Assembly: GCF_011745625.1 (NCBI RefSeq)
Contig: NW_027191491.1
Coordinates: forward strand, 62,001-126,000
Source of the DNA: Cladosporium halotolerans
Lineage: Eukaryota
Direction: 5' to 3'
Length of the DNA: 64,000 nt
The notes beneath the pieces are model-generated. The model saw only the letters and a list, made by a program, of their open reading frames with translations, was not told the DNA's origin and did no database searches. Below are positions 36,098 to 47,531 of the stretch, in pieces; position 1 is the stretch's first letter; every line of letters begins with the position of its first letter. Made by a program: the position numbers and the translations under genes.

Positions 36098-36396
36098 ATT
36101 CCTTGATAAGCGGCGTCATTCACTTCTCTTCTCCATTTGAGGAGTGATGGCAGCACTGCGAGATTTGGAGGTGTCCATAGAGCATGCTGAGAGTGATGCT
36201 CAGCTAACTTGATAGCATTTGTCGATTATTCTTTTTTGTCCAATGCCCGTACCGTGCAAAACCGCGTCCATAAAATCCATATTGTACAACCCACACCCAG
36301 CCATTACTCTTCATATCCGTAGCCTGCCATGTTACACCCGAACACCACGCTCATGCAAATGTTAAGACACAAAAATCCCCTTTTCACACAGTTTCT

Positions 36397-36913
36397 TCAT
36401 TGCGCGGGGATTCCCTCAGCGACGACCTGCGCGACCTCCTGCGCGCTTGCTGACGCCGCAGCGCCCTTCAAGCCGCTCACAGCATCCACGACCGCATCCG
36501 TGGCCCTAGCGGCGGTCTGCCAAATGGTGTCCGCCGCCTTGTACGAGGAGTTGCCCAGCGAGGCGTCGCCGGCCCAGTAGTAGAAAGAGCGGCGGGCGAT
36601 GATCGTGATGTGGTCGGGCAGGTAAAGCGCGGCTGCTATGCCGAGCATGGAGACGAAGAGGAAGAGGATGGAGTCTGGTGGCACGTGGTTAGTACGAGAT
36701 CGTGTGAGCAGAGCAATAGGAGGCGAGGCGCGTACTGAAGACGAATTTCTCTGTGGGCGTGAGCATGTACAGCGCGAAGGTTACTTCGTACTGGTACTTC
36801 TTCTTCTGCACCCACTTGGCGAAGTCTGTCGGCTGCGAGAGGAGGAAGGCGACTGCGGATACGGAGAATAGGCCCAGGACGGTGTATGTGAGGGTCGCGT
36901 GGTCGGAGAACAT
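36397..36913 (-). CDS. Serine palmitoyltransferase small-subunit-like protein (ssSPT/Tsc3 family) (intron 36675-36735)
   Basis: WVQKKKYQYEVTFALYMLTPTEKFVF/NSILFLFVSML..AAALYLPDH. Confidence 0.85.
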
Positions 36914-37258
36914 GGCTGCGATGTTGTGGTGGAAGTAGGAGAATCCGGTAATGAGGCCGTTGAGGATTCTTGAATATTGGCTTGTTCTTTCTTCCAATGC
37001 GTGTATTTCCGTGTAGCAGGATGCGAAGTATTATCACTGCGTGTCGTCGCAATGTGTCGCAATCGCAGATGGTTGTCAATTCGCTCTGGCTGTCGGGGCG
37101 ACGCGGCAGGGTCCTCGATCGGACCCAGCGGCTAGTTCGGTTTCAAACGCGAGGGGAGAAATTAGGTTACGCGCTAGTGCGTTCGAGCCTGGGTTTCATC
37201 TCGGTTGTCATGATGCGGAACAACTTCACTTCGCGCCGTCGAGGTCTGCCACAAGATT

Positions 37259-37909
37259 ATGCTTGCAAGATGGGCCGTTTTGCGAGCAGTAGCTCTAAAG
37301 GATGCCTGTTCACCCTCGCGCTCGTTCTGTGCGACAGCGCCAGTGTTGGAGAAGGCATTGCCGCCTCGACGCAAGATCACCGACAATGAAGTTACCGAGA
37401 CCTTCCTTCGAGGTACGGGACCCGGTGGACAGAAAATCAACAAGACATCTTGCGCTGTTCAATTGAAACACCTTGCCACGGGTATTGTCGTCAAGAGCCA
37501 GCACACGCGTAGTCGTGAACAGAACCGAAAGTTTGCTCGTCAGCTTCTTGGGGAAAAGCTGGACGAACTCGAGAAAGGTGGGGAGAGCCGGAATGCTATC
37601 AAGGCAGAGAGGGCTCGGGTGAAGAAAGCGAGTGCAAACAAGAAGACGAAGAGAAAATACAAGAAGCTTGGTCAAGCCAAAGCCGCTGGCGAAAACGCCG
37701 AGAGCTTTGCTCGTGAAGAGGGAGCTGGGGATGTCTATGAGACGGACAGCATGAATGAGGCTTTGTCTTTTACCGAAGATGATATCGAGACAAAGGAGAG
37801 ACCCGTGAAGGATCTTGATTCCAACGGAGGTGGCGACGAGCGTTCAACTCCCAACGACCTACCGTTGAGATCAAGTCAATCGTCACGGAGCACGGATGCG
37901 ATCCCGTGA
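37259..37909 (+). CDS. Mitochondrial class-I release-factor homolog (RF-1 domain, C12orf65/MTRFR-like rescue factor)
   Basis: ETFLRGTGPGGQKINKTSCAVQLKHLATGIVVKSQHTRSREQNRK; basic C-terminal tail; presequence-like N-terminus. Confidence 0.9.
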   Translation: MLARWAVLRAVALKDACSPSRSFCATAPVLEKALPPRRKITDNEVTETFLRGTGPGGQKINKTSCAVQLKHLATGIVVKSQHTRSREQNRKFARQLLGEKLDELEKGGESRNAIKAERARVKKASANKKTKRKYKKLGQAKAAGENAESFAREEGAGDVYETDSMNEALSFTEDDIETKERPVKDLDSNGGGDERSTPNDLPLRSSQSSRSTDAIP

Positions 37910-38298
37910 ACCGAAGCTTTCCGGATGATGCTCTAACGGACGTCGCTGAAGCACTGATAGCGTGGACTCCCGCCGTCTCCTGCTTTTCCAGCATCGCAAC
38001 GCTCGTGCGAAGATTGCGTGAGCCTGCAAGCGCAATGAATGTTTGCTCGATGTTACAGCCTACGGGTTGATGGAGTGTCAGTCATATCATGCTGTGAAGA
38101 CTTTAGCCCAGGCGACCGTGGCTCGCAACGCACCGCAGATACCCGAGCGGCTTGAGTTGTCTGCGTGACCGAAGACAGTGAAGCAACAACGGTGACTCTC
38201 GTAAGCGTTTCGCGCCAGCACCAGAAAACACCGCTTCCACTTCAACTCTGCTTCACCACCACGCTCAGCAATACGGAATAGGGTAACAACATACAAGC

Positions 38299-38768
38299 AT
38301 GGCGAAAGACTATCAAGGCCTCCGCGACCAGATCATTGGCATGTTCTATCTGGCCTCCGCAAAAGATCAATAACATAGGACTAACGCCTCCCAAGCCAAC
38401 GCGAAAATGTTCCTCGCTCCGCCGGCTGGCCACGAGCTCGAGGCCGGGCCAGATGGACTGGCGATTCCACGCTCTGACCACGACCTCGAGGTCATCGTCT
38501 TCCGCACCACCGATGGCTATACCGCTGCGCTCACCGTTGTCCGCGAGCCCGTGGTCATCAGCACCGCGTCGCCGTCGGCCTTGGGTGCGTTGGATGAGCT
38601 CCTCAATGCCACAGCCGACGTCCTCGTCGAGTTCCTGCCGGACGTAAGTGTCGTAATTCGCTATCAAAATACACGTTTGTGCTGAATCTTTTCTTTCAGG
38701 AGACTGAGACCCAGCAGCGCTTGGCGAACGGGAGCATCGTCGACGTTGGGTTTTTGAGGAAGCGTTAA
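38299..38768 (+). CDS. Hypothetical 118-aa orphan protein (exons 38299-38338, 38396-38643, 38700-38768; first intron GC-AG)
   Basis: Clean second intron GTAAGT..GCTGAA..TTCAG and codon-biased exon 2. The first intron GCATGT..ACTAAC..AAG gives MAKDYQGLRDQIIANAKMFLAPP. An alternative start at 38407 is possible. Confidence 0.6.
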
Positions 38769-39416
38769 AGGGTTAGGGGATTGATGGACACCGACACTAC
38801 GCGTTCGATTGAACAATCGTTGAAGACACGGTCTACGTAACAATCAAATCAAGCAAACTGCTTTCCCCAGTGGAGAGGTGTCATGTTCTTGTGTTCGTGT
38901 CTGACGGCATTAGCATGCTTGATGCAAAAGAAGCCTAAGCTTCAAAGCAAGCATATGTCCGATCGTTATATGTGAATTTAAGCGGTGGAAATGTGATTGT
39001 AGACATGCATACATTCAATATCGCAGCGAATTATTATTACTCGTAAGTATTGGGCTATGGCCAGCCACAGTAAGATCCAATGCAGCCCTAGCCTGCATCG
39101 AGTCAGGCTCGCAAGCGGCATCTTCGATCGGCGCTCAAAGTGACGTAGCAGCGTAGCAGCTTAGCGCCCGGCCTGCAGCATCTCCAAGCAGGTTGTAACC
39201 TTCCTCCAGCCTCCTTTGCCGTGCCGCTCCCTTCGTCTGCAGAGCTTAATAAAATCACCAGCCACAAGCTTGTCGCGTGGTTTCCCTTGTTACTCAAAAA
39301 GTTTCGCTGTTTTGTTCTTTCGAAGCCCTAAACCTTGCTTATCCTTGCTGTCGAAAAGCCGCGACAACGTCTAAGACATCGATCAGCCTCTACCACCAAA
39401 TAGATCGACTAGCACA

Positions 39417-40238
39417 ATGGCCGTCCCAAGGCAAAAGGAGCTTCACGAGTACGATTCTCGGGAAAGCGCTTTTATACATTAGATCTCAGTTGTCAAGCTA
39501 ACATGCTTTCCCTACAGGCTCTTGTCTCGCGACATGGTCGATATATACGTCGGCTCTGAGAACACACACTGGGTCCTCCACGAGAAGCTGCTATGCTACC
39601 GCTCCAAATTCTTCCGCAAGAGTCTCTACAATAAGTCCGGAGGTCGCAACGAAGCTTTTGGCCTTCCTGACGAGGATGACCACCCCTTCCGCCTGTTTGT
39701 CGCCTGGCTGTACGCCGACGTCGTTCCTCCGCCTAAGCAGGAGAAGGACCTGAGCGAACTGCTCGACCTGTATCTCATGGGCGAGAAGTGGGAGATCCAC
39801 AAGCTGAAGCTCGATGTCATGGAGACTGTGCGCGCATGGTACCACGACTCGGACACATGGCCCGGCCTGCGTCGCGTCCAGTACATCTATGCGAACACGG
39901 CGCCGGACTCGCCCATGCGCGAGCTGATGACATCGTGCGCCGCACGCATGTTTGTGCTCAGCGACGGCCTGCCCCAGCACTGGGAGAAGGCTCTGCGTCG
40001 CGACGGCCAGCTCGCCGTCGACATTATCCTGCTCATGCAGAAGTGGAAGATCGATGAGTCCAAGGTGCCCGACGCGCGCAAGCCGCCGACCGTACCTATC
40101 CCGCAGGAGGCCGATCTTAGGAGGGAGATCAAGATGGAGATGAAGGCCGAGGACACCGACTCGAACATGTCCGAGGTAGCGGACTTCAAGCCCAGCGAGA
40201 CCGAGGGCGAGGAGACGGCGGTCGAGGATAACGCTTAA
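39417..40238 (+). CDS. BTB/POZ domain protein (intron 39449-39517)
   Basis: VDIYVG...WVLHEKLLCYRSKFF...LPDEDDHPFRLFVAWLY...LYLMGEKW, a fungal BTB pattern. Confidence 0.88.
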
Positions 40239-40764
40239 CGGATCATGTTGGTGGATGTTGATGTGGCGAGCATGGCGTTTGACTGTTTTTGTATGTGCAT
40301 ACCCCAATGATTTGCATCTTCTCATTGTTCATATAGCGGTCATATTATGTAGCAACTTGCGACTTTGTTTTCCCTGCATCAGCGCTTTGAACTTTTCTCA
40401 TATATTAGAAGATAGAAGGCCCTTATGTCGCAGAGTATTCCATGATGCTCAGATGATCATTGCAGAATCGAACAAAGATAAACAATTGTGAACCTGGAGA
40501 AGCAACAGCGATGAAGCACTCCTCCAATCCCGGTGAAGCTCAGCGGGAAGCCCCGAACACCTCTCGGTGAATGTCAAACTTGCCGGCGCGCGCGATCGCT
40601 TCATCGCCCCTCCAAGCACTTGCCTCTCGTCACCCAACTTCATACTCGACCAGACATTTACGATTCTGCATATCACATATTGCCACTAACCACAACTTCG
40701 CATCTGGTGTATCAATCGGCGGCGACCACTTGGGCTGGACAGGTGAGGCACCACGGCCGGCATC

Positions 40765-42615
40765 ATGGCCACAGATCAGAAGCAGGCGCGCAAGCCAACC
40801 AAGAATGAGCAGCGTCGTGCGCGCAAAAAGCAAGAAAAGCTCCAGGTAAGCGACGACATCATCGCGACCAGCCTCACACAGTCACTTACTCGCGACCAGG
40901 CTTCTGCAACACCAGCTCCAGAGACCGCCCACGACGCGCCTAAGACTCCGCTAGCCGAGGACGCCAGCGAAACGAAACCTTTGCAACCCGTCCAACCCGC
41001 CGAAGATGATCCCATCCAAGATGTCCCCGCCGTTGTCGATACGGATATCAACATCACACCCGATGATCCCATGTACGAGCAGTTCCGCAGTGTGTTCGCA
41101 AAGTTCCAGGAATTGGACAAGGAGGACCCTGCCCTGAAGGACCCGGAGAAGGAGGAGGTTTTCTTCGATGACGACAACGAAAACATTCAAGACGAAGAAG
41201 AGGAAGAAGCTACGACAAAGCGCCTGTCAAAGAAGGCACGTAAGGCCGCCAATAAGCTCAGCATCGCGGAACTGAAGGCTATCGTGCGCAAACCGGAAAT
41301 TGTTGAATGGACAGACATTTCGGCACACGATCCAAGACTACTGGTCAACATCAAAGCCTCTAAGAACGTTGTTCCTGTACCAAACCATTGGTCGCTGAAG
41401 CGCGAGTACCTGAGCTCCAAGCGCGGTGTCGAGAAGCCTGGATTTGCCCTGCCAAAATTTATCGCCGAGACAGGCATCCAGGAAATGCGCGATGCGGTAC
41501 TCGAGAAGCAATCCGAGGCAACGTTGAAGTCCAAGCAACGCGAACGTGTCCAACCGAAGATGGGCAAGCTCGATGTCGACTACCAAAAACTCTATGAAGC
41601 GTTCTTCATCCGCCAGACAAAACCCAATCTCTCCAGATACGGCGACACCTACTACGAAGGGAAGGAGTACGAGACCAACTTGCGCCATCTGCGTCCTGGC
41701 GACCTCAGCGATGATTTGAGGGAGGCCCTCAATATGCCGCCTAACGCCCCTCCGCCATGGCTCATCAACCAGCAACGCTTCGGTCCGCCTCCTTCATATC
41801 TTGCAATGCGGATTCCTGGACTGAACGCACCTCCGCCCCTCGGCACGTCATGGGGCTTCCACGCGGGCGGCTACGGCAAGCCGCCTTTAGACGACCAGGG
41901 CAAGCCTCTCTTTGGAGGAGACGTTTTCGGAGTCGAGGAACAGCAGGAGAAGGACGAGAAGGTAGCCAAAGCCAATGAACTTGACAAGAGCGTGTGGGGC
42001 AACTTAGCACCCCCGGAGCTTCAGGAGGAAGAGGAGGAAGAGGAAGAGGACGAAGACGAGGACGAGGAGGACGAAGATACCGACGAGGGAAACGCCGGCT
42101 ACGGCGCCGAGACGCCTTTCACCGGTACTGCGACCCCAGGCGGAATCCACAGCTCTGTCCCGACCGACATGGGCACGAAGAGCATGGCCGACGAATTCAA
42201 CCTCCGAAAACAACGCCGTGGCGACGCCACCGAGGAACCGAGTCACCCGCGCTCCGCAGGTACTGTACTCAACGAGCGCTCCATCCGCAACGAGGGCTTC
42301 TTCGGCGGAGAGCGTGCTTACGATCTTTCGAATGCGCGTGGCAGGGATCCTTCCATTCCTATGCTTGGGTCCGAGCGTGACGGCAACAAGAAGCGCAAGG
42401 CCGGTGATCTGGACGTTAGCGTGGATATGGATGCTCTGGAGCGTGATGACAAGCTGAGCAAAGAGGAGATCAGGAAGAGGTATGAAGAGCAGAGGGAGCG
42501 GGAGAATGCTGGTGGCTGGCAGGGCACTGTTGACCGGGATGACTTGAGCTCGATGATCGCGGAGGAGGGTGCAAAGAGGCTAAAGAAGGACAAGGAGAGG
42601 GCGAGCAGGAGGTAA
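40765..42615 (+). CDS. CUS1: U2 snRNP SF3b subunit 2 (SAP145/Cus1); probable in-frame intron 40846-40899
   Basis: LSIAELKAIV...VPVPNHWSLKREYL...RERVQPKMGKLDVDYQKL...PSP domain PPPWLINQQRFGPPPSY. Confidence 0.95.
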   Translation: MATDQKQARKPTKNEQRRARKKQEKLQVSDDIIATSLTQSLTRDQASATPAPETAHDAPKTPLAEDASETKPLQPVQPAEDDPIQDVPAVVDTDINITPDDPMYEQFRSVFAKFQELDKEDPALKDPEKEEVFFDDDNENIQDEEEEEATTKRLSKKARKAANKLSIAELKAIVRKPEIVEWTDISAHDPRLLVNIKASKNVVPVPNHWSLKREYLSSKRGVEKPGFALPKFIAETGIQEMRDAVLEKQSEATLKSKQRERVQPKMGKLDVDYQKLYEAFFIRQTKPNLSRYGDTYYEGKEYETNLRHLRPGDLSDDLREALNMPPNAPPPWLINQQRFGPPPSYLAMRIPGLNAPPPLGTSWGFHAGGYGKPPLDDQGKPLFGGDVFGVEEQQEKDEKVAKANELDKSVWGNLAPPELQEEEEEEEEDEDEDEEDEDTDEGNAGYGAETPFTGTATPGGIHSSVPTDMGTKSMADEFNLRKQRRGDATEEPSHPRSAGTVLNERSIRNEGFFGGERAYDLSNARGRDPSIPMLGSERDGNKKRKAGDLDVSVDMDALERDDKLSKEEIRKRYEEQRERENAGGWQGTVDRDDLSSMIAEEGAKRLKKDKERASRR

Positions 42616-43386
42616 GATGGTGTAAGTGGTTGATGGGGTTGAGGGGCTTTAAGTGGTTTCAAGATTGCCTCAAAAGGCCGTGCAAATATGGATTGTTGAA
42701 CTGGCATGATGCGAGGCTGGTGGGCATTTTCAAGATTGGTTTTCGAGCGAGGAGTTCCATGGGATGGACTTGGTTTCAAGTTTTCAAAGCGTGCGAGGGA
42801 CGTGTAAAATACAGCAGATCAGCTCACCGCCGAGAGCTGGAGTATCGAGCATACCGAATTCAACAGGCCTATGAGGATCCGGAACTCTTTTCCCTGGACG
42901 TCTGAAGAGCGCGCATTCTACTAACTATCAGGTACAATATGTCGCCCATCGATTGAATTCGGATTTGAATACGACTGCAACGAGTGAGGGTCTTTGAAAA
43001 GATTGATTGATGGATGATTGGTCGTGTAGAAAGTGACGCAGAGAGATTGGGCAAGCCAGGAACCACGTGATTTCGCAGGTATACTGACATTACAGAAACA
43101 CAAAGGCGCTGGAAGTAGAACTGCGCAGCATTCTGTTGTGTAGAGACTCGACATCGTCGAAGACGACCGCCTTGGGTGGCACGTGAGAGCGCCAAGCCGA
43201 GCGACACCTCCGCGCCGCAAGCCGACGTGCATCCATCTTCACTAGCCGTGATCTTTTTGTTTACCCAGCAACGACAACACACACAGCTGCTTCTGCTGGT
43301 GCAACAAACGATATCCTGCAGCAGTTGCGATACTTGGACTGTCGCACCGAATCTACCGAGGATCGACTCCGACAACGTCGCCTGCC

Positions 43387-45585
43387 ATGGACAGAGACAG
43401 AAGGTATGTTTGCTCCGATTCACCAACGCATATGAGACAAGTCTGCATAGGAATACCGATAGTTCGCATACTTCAATGCGAACAGTATATTACGCATGAC
43501 TGCTGTTTGAAACATTTTTGTACTCCGCGGGATCTGATCATTGGACGCAGACCCCTCGACATCCCGCCAGAGGACCGCTACGGCAGCCGTGGCCAGTCCT
43601 ACCGCCCAGGCGGACGCTCTCCTCGCGCAGACTCCTACCGCACCCGCTCGCCCCCTCCACCTCGACGCGCATACGTTCCCGCTCGTGGACGCAGCCGCAG
43701 CCCACCACCTCGCGCCGACACCTACCGCCGACGTTCGCCTTCGCCGAGAGACAGATACAGGGAGCCAAGAGGTGGTGACAGCTACAGGTCCCGGCCTCGT
43801 TCGCCGCTCCCCATCAGAAGGGAGGACTTGCCAAGAGATGATTTGTTCAGAAGAGACCCCGAGAGGGAGCCGAGGAGAGATTTCAGGGGTGAGAGGGAAT
43901 TCCGTGACGACCGCTCCTACCGCGACGAAAGAGACTTCAGGGACGACAGAGGGTACGCCACCGCTGCCGCTCGTTCACCTCCACGATTCCGTGAGAGGGA
44001 GCGCTCTCCATTGCCGCTTAAGCGCGCCCGCGACCCTTCTCCGATTGACAGCAGAGGACGTAGATCACCTCCGCCAGCAAAGCGTGAGCGACTAGCAAGC
44101 CCTGGCCCGAGAGGCAGATACGATGACTACCCGCCCTCCAGGACTGGCAGCCCGCCACGTCGCGGTTTTTCTCCACGAGGAGAGCGTTCTCCGGTTGCTC
44201 GTGGCGTGACCCGTGGCTACAGGCGTGCAGACTCTCGTTCGCCTCTCAGGAGAAACGACAGGACCGATCCGAGGGATGTGAATGACTGGCGTCGTCCGGC
44301 GCCTGCACCGCCACTCCGTTCGCCTTCTCCGGCAAGGGCTAGCAGGCAACCATACGACGAGTACGACGAGCGTGGCAGAGAATCTGTGGCCACGTCTCGT
44401 CGCTCCTCTCCTCCTCTGCACACAAGCAGAGCTGCAGTCCAGCCTTCGGTTGATGACAGAGCAAGCCGCCTGCCGCCACGGGATCCGTACGAGAGCCGGG
44501 AACCGTACCGTGCACCGCGCTCTCCGAGAGCCAGGGATCCTTCGCCGCCGCCTGTATCTGGGGACCGCGACTATCCCGCCGAGCGTTCGTATGATCAAGA
44601 AGACCGCATTCCGCCGCCTCGGGAACCTTTTCGGGCTGACGATATGCCAGTCCGCGCCCCGCCGACGGGCCCATCTAGTGGATACCGTGCTCCCTCCAGC
44701 TCCATGGCTCCGCCTACTGGCCCGGCTGCAGCCACTTCCTCTGTTTCCGCTCACGCTAGGACACCCACTGCTCCTCCTTCTGGTCCGCGTGGCGACATTG
44801 CTCCTCGAGGTGGATTCGGTGGCCCTCGCGGCCGCGGTGGCTTCGCAGGTGACTATGCGCCTCGTGGCAGAGGAGGGTACGGTGCCCCTGGTTTCCGTGG
44901 AGGCAGAGGCGGTGGACCATCTCCAGGTGGTTTCGGCCGTGGCCAGGGCTATGCTGAGCGCGAACAACAAGATTTCTCACAACCGCCTTCAGGACCCCGT
45001 GGTTCATTCTCTTCACAAGGTCCTCCGACACCTTTCCGGCAGAACAGCAATTCCACCGCAACCACCTACGCCCGTTCCCAACGCTTCGCCCCTAATGGCC
45101 AGCCCATCCCCGACACACCCACAGGCCCTCGCGCCGGCTCTGTCTCCGGCAGTGCTCCTACACCGTACCGACGCCCGACCGAGCCCTCTATCCCGACCGG
45201 CCCCAGCAATTCCAGCCTCGGCGGCAACATTCCATCCGGCCCTGCCAGCGATCGCCGCCGTGAATCCGAGATCAGCCACTCGCTCGCCTCTCAATCCTCC
45301 AACGCTGCTAGCAACGTTCACCCCGCTCTGCGCGACCTTCCCAAGATCATACCAGGCGGTCGCAAAGCCTCTCCAATCCTCGACCGCTCACGCTTAGACA
45401 AGCTGAATGAAGAGTCGGAGAGACTGCGCCGCCAGATCGAGGAGAAGGAAGCGAAGAAGCGCAAGGCGCTGCGCGAGTGGGACCGCATGGTCCGTGAGAG
45501 CGAGACCGCTGGTGTCAGGAGCGAGCTGGCCGAAGAGGCCGTGAGGAGCTTCGCTGAGGACGAGGCTATGGGCGCTGCTTTTTAA
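43387..45585 (+). CDS. RS/RD-rich, RGG-containing low-complexity protein with C-terminal coiled coil (intron 43404-43550)
   Basis: RSRSP repeats, RGG boxes, PxGP repeats, C-terminal LPKIIPGG...LREWDRMVRES; GTATGT..CTGAT..GCAG intron. Confidence 0.8.
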   Translation: MDRDRRYVCSDSPTHMRQVCIGIPIVRILQCEQYITHDCCLKHFCTPRDLIIGRRPLDIPPEDRYGSRGQSYRPGGRSPRADSYRTRSPPPPRRAYVPARGRSRSPPPRADTYRRRSPSPRDRYREPRGGDSYRSRPRSPLPIRREDLPRDDLFRRDPEREPRRDFRGEREFRDDRSYRDERDFRDDRGYATAAARSPPRFRERERSPLPLKRARDPSPIDSRGRRSPPPAKRERLASPGPRGRYDDYPPSRTGSPPRRGFSPRGERSPVARGVTRGYRRADSRSPLRRNDRTDPRDVNDWRRPAPAPPLRSPSPARASRQPYDEYDERGRESVATSRRSSPPLHTSRAAVQPSVDDRASRLPPRDPYESREPYRAPRSPRARDPSPPPVSGDRDYPAERSYDQEDRIPPPREPFRADDMPVRAPPTGPSSGYRAPSSSMAPPTGPAAATSSVSAHARTPTAPPSGPRGDIAPRGGFGGPRGRGGFAGDYAPRGRGGYGAPGFRGGRGGGPSPGGFGRGQGYAEREQQDFSQPPSGPRGSFSSQGPPTPFRQNSNSTATTYARSQRFAPNGQPIPDTPTGPRAGSVSGSAPTPYRRPTEPSIPTGPSNSSLGGNIPSGPASDRRRESEISHSLASQSSNAASNVHPALRDLPKIIPGGRKASPILDRSRLDKLNEESERLRRQIEEKEAKKRKALREWDRMVRESETAGVRSELAEEAVRSFAEDEAMGAAF

Positions 45586-45983
45586 TATGATAATGCGTGT
45601 TCGCGTGTGTGCTTGTTTGTTTTCTGACTTGCGCGACCGGCATACAAGGAGCATGGGATACATGCGTTAGCGTGGAGCTTCGGGACACGCTTTAGCGAGG
45701 GACTTTTGATTTTGTTGGTAATGCTCACGACATGGCTTGTGGGTGAGGAGTTCTTGGGCTGGAGGGCCGTCTATCCATGATTTCGTATTCTCTTTTCTTT
45801 GATTTGTAAATTGGCAGCCATTTTGTACATTAGCGAGCGCCTCCATGCGAGGCGGATCAAATGCATGCTGTGGCCTTCAAATGCAAGATGTGTATCATTC
45901 TCAGAATACCGTAGAAGCGTGACAGAAATCAGGATGCTAGATCGAACAGTCTTCGAATTCCTTCAAAAAGACCCCCATCTCGT

Positions 45984-47531
45984 CTACAGCTTGCTCCTCA
46001 GCACAGCGCCCTCCAACCCAGCCTCTCCATCATAGATCTCCTGCTCGAGCGCCCGCGTGTTCACGTGCCTCGGACCCAGCTGCTCTATCCTCTCGCATCC
46101 CAACAACCTCATCGCCGTCTCCGTCTCCGCTTTCAAGATCTCGAACATCCTCTCCACGCCCGCCTCGCCACCAGCACCCAGCGCAAACAGCGGCGCGCGG
46201 CCGAGACCGACGCCTTTCGCGCCCAGCGCCAGCGCTTTCACGATGTCCGTGCCGCGCTTGATGCCGCCGTCGACCCAGACTTCGATCTTCGTGAGCACTT
46301 CGGGGCAGTACTTGCGGATTTCGAGCAGGGTGTGCAGAGCGGGCGGAGCAGTGTCGAGCGCGCGGCCGCCGTGGTTTGACAGGATGATGCCCTTGATCTG
46401 CGGTGTTTGGAGGGAGGCGAGGTGTGCATCTTCGTGTGTCTGGAGGCCCTTGAGGATGATGGGCAGAGAGGTGTGCTTGGCGAGCCAGGGCAGAGTGTCG
46501 CGCCAGGTGAGGTCCGGAGCGGTGCCTGCGAAGAGGGCCTTGCCGACGCCGCCTTGGGCGGACTCGGAGCGGGAGGAGGCGGAGTCTGGCGCTGGGGAGG
46601 TGCTTGAGGCAGAGCCGGACTGTACGGAGCTGCGGACGGGGAGGTTGGAGCCGACGTTTTTCTGGCGCTCGTCGTGCTCGCGCTTGCCTGGTACTGGGGC
46701 GTCGAGAGTCAGGCAGATGAACTTGATCTGAGGGATGGCGTTGATGCGCGCGAGCATCGCTTCGCTCTTCGCGCGGTCTTGCTGCACGTATAACTGCCAG
46801 CCGAAGACTTGGCCAGGCGGTGAGTTGGCGACAATCTGTTCGGGTGTTTGAGAGGCGTTGGCAGAGATGAGCTGCATCCCGCCGAACTTGGCCGCGGCGT
46901 GGGCCATGCCTGCTTCGCCAGCAGGGTTTCCTAGACGTGCCATAGCCGCCGGAGCGATGTAGAATGGGACGTTGACTTTGTTGCCGAGCAGGGTGGTAGA
47001 GGTGTCGCAGTGGGTGCAGTCGACGAAAATGCGAGGGCGAAGGAGGATTTTATTGTACACGGAGCCGTTGTACGACTTGCTGTAGAGGTTGTCGCTTGCG
47101 CTGTAGTAGTAACCCCATGCCTTCCTGTTGATCTTCTTTGTTGCAAGGTGCTCGAGATCATCAAGGTTGAGGCACTCCTCCACGGTGTCCGGGTCCCAAT
47201 CATCCTGTTGCTGGACCACCTGCTGGACTTGCTTGTTCGGCACGCTGCCCTGATCTTGTGCTGGCGACTTCTCTTCTTTTGGCAATGTGCTCTCGTCAAT
47301 TTTTCCGAGCCTGGCCTCCGCAGGTAGGCTATCTTCCAATGTTCCGGGTGGGTGAATGGGATCGTACTCCTCCGTAGCGTCTGCGCCAGCCAGCTGAAGA
47401 ATGATCTTGCTACCGCCGGGATGATCAGGAAGGAATTTAGTCACATCCCACACGTTGCCATATAGAATGACCCAGCATGATTCTGGACTGTTGTGTTGCT
47501 TGACCTCGTCGTATGTGAATGTCTTCGCCAT
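45984..47531 (-). CDS. Flavocytochrome b2-like L-2-hydroxy-acid dehydrogenase (cytochrome b5 + FMN domain), ends in SKL
   Basis: [17 protein letters not shown] cyt b5 domain; [27 protein letters not shown]-dehydrogenase motifs. ATG at 47531. Confidence 0.92.
   Translation of the reverse strand: MAKTFTYDEVKQHNSPESCWVILYGNVWDVTKFLPDHPGGSKIILQLAGADATEEYDPIHPPGTLEDSLPAEARLGKIDESTLPKEEKSPAQDQGSVPNKQVQQVVQQQDDWDPDTVEECLNLDDLEHLATKKINRKAWGYYYSASDNLYSKSYNGSVYNKILLRPRIFVDCTHCDTSTTLLGNKVNVPFYIAPAAMARLGNPAGEAGMAHAAAKFGGMQLISANASQTPEQIVANSPPGQVFGWQLYVQQDRAKSEAMLARINAIPQIKFICLTLDAPVPGKREHDERQKNVGSNLPVRSSVQSGSASSTSPAPDSASSRSESAQGGVGKALFAGTAPDLTWRDTLPWLAKHTSLPIILKGLQTHEDAHLASLQTPQIKGIILSNHGGRALDTAPPALHTLLEIRKYCPEVLTKIEVWVDGGIKRGTDIVKALALGAKGVGLGRAPLFALGAGGEAGVERMFEILKAETETAMRLLGCERIEQLGPRHVNTRALEQEIYDGEAGLEGAVLRSKL

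Noticed and set aside
7715..37909. Functional linkage of MTQ1 (GGQ methylase) with the GGQ release-factor homolog, or of HEM13 with the SREBP-like bHLH
   Set aside because: Genes are 10-28 kb apart among unrelated housekeeping genes; no evidence of a cluster.
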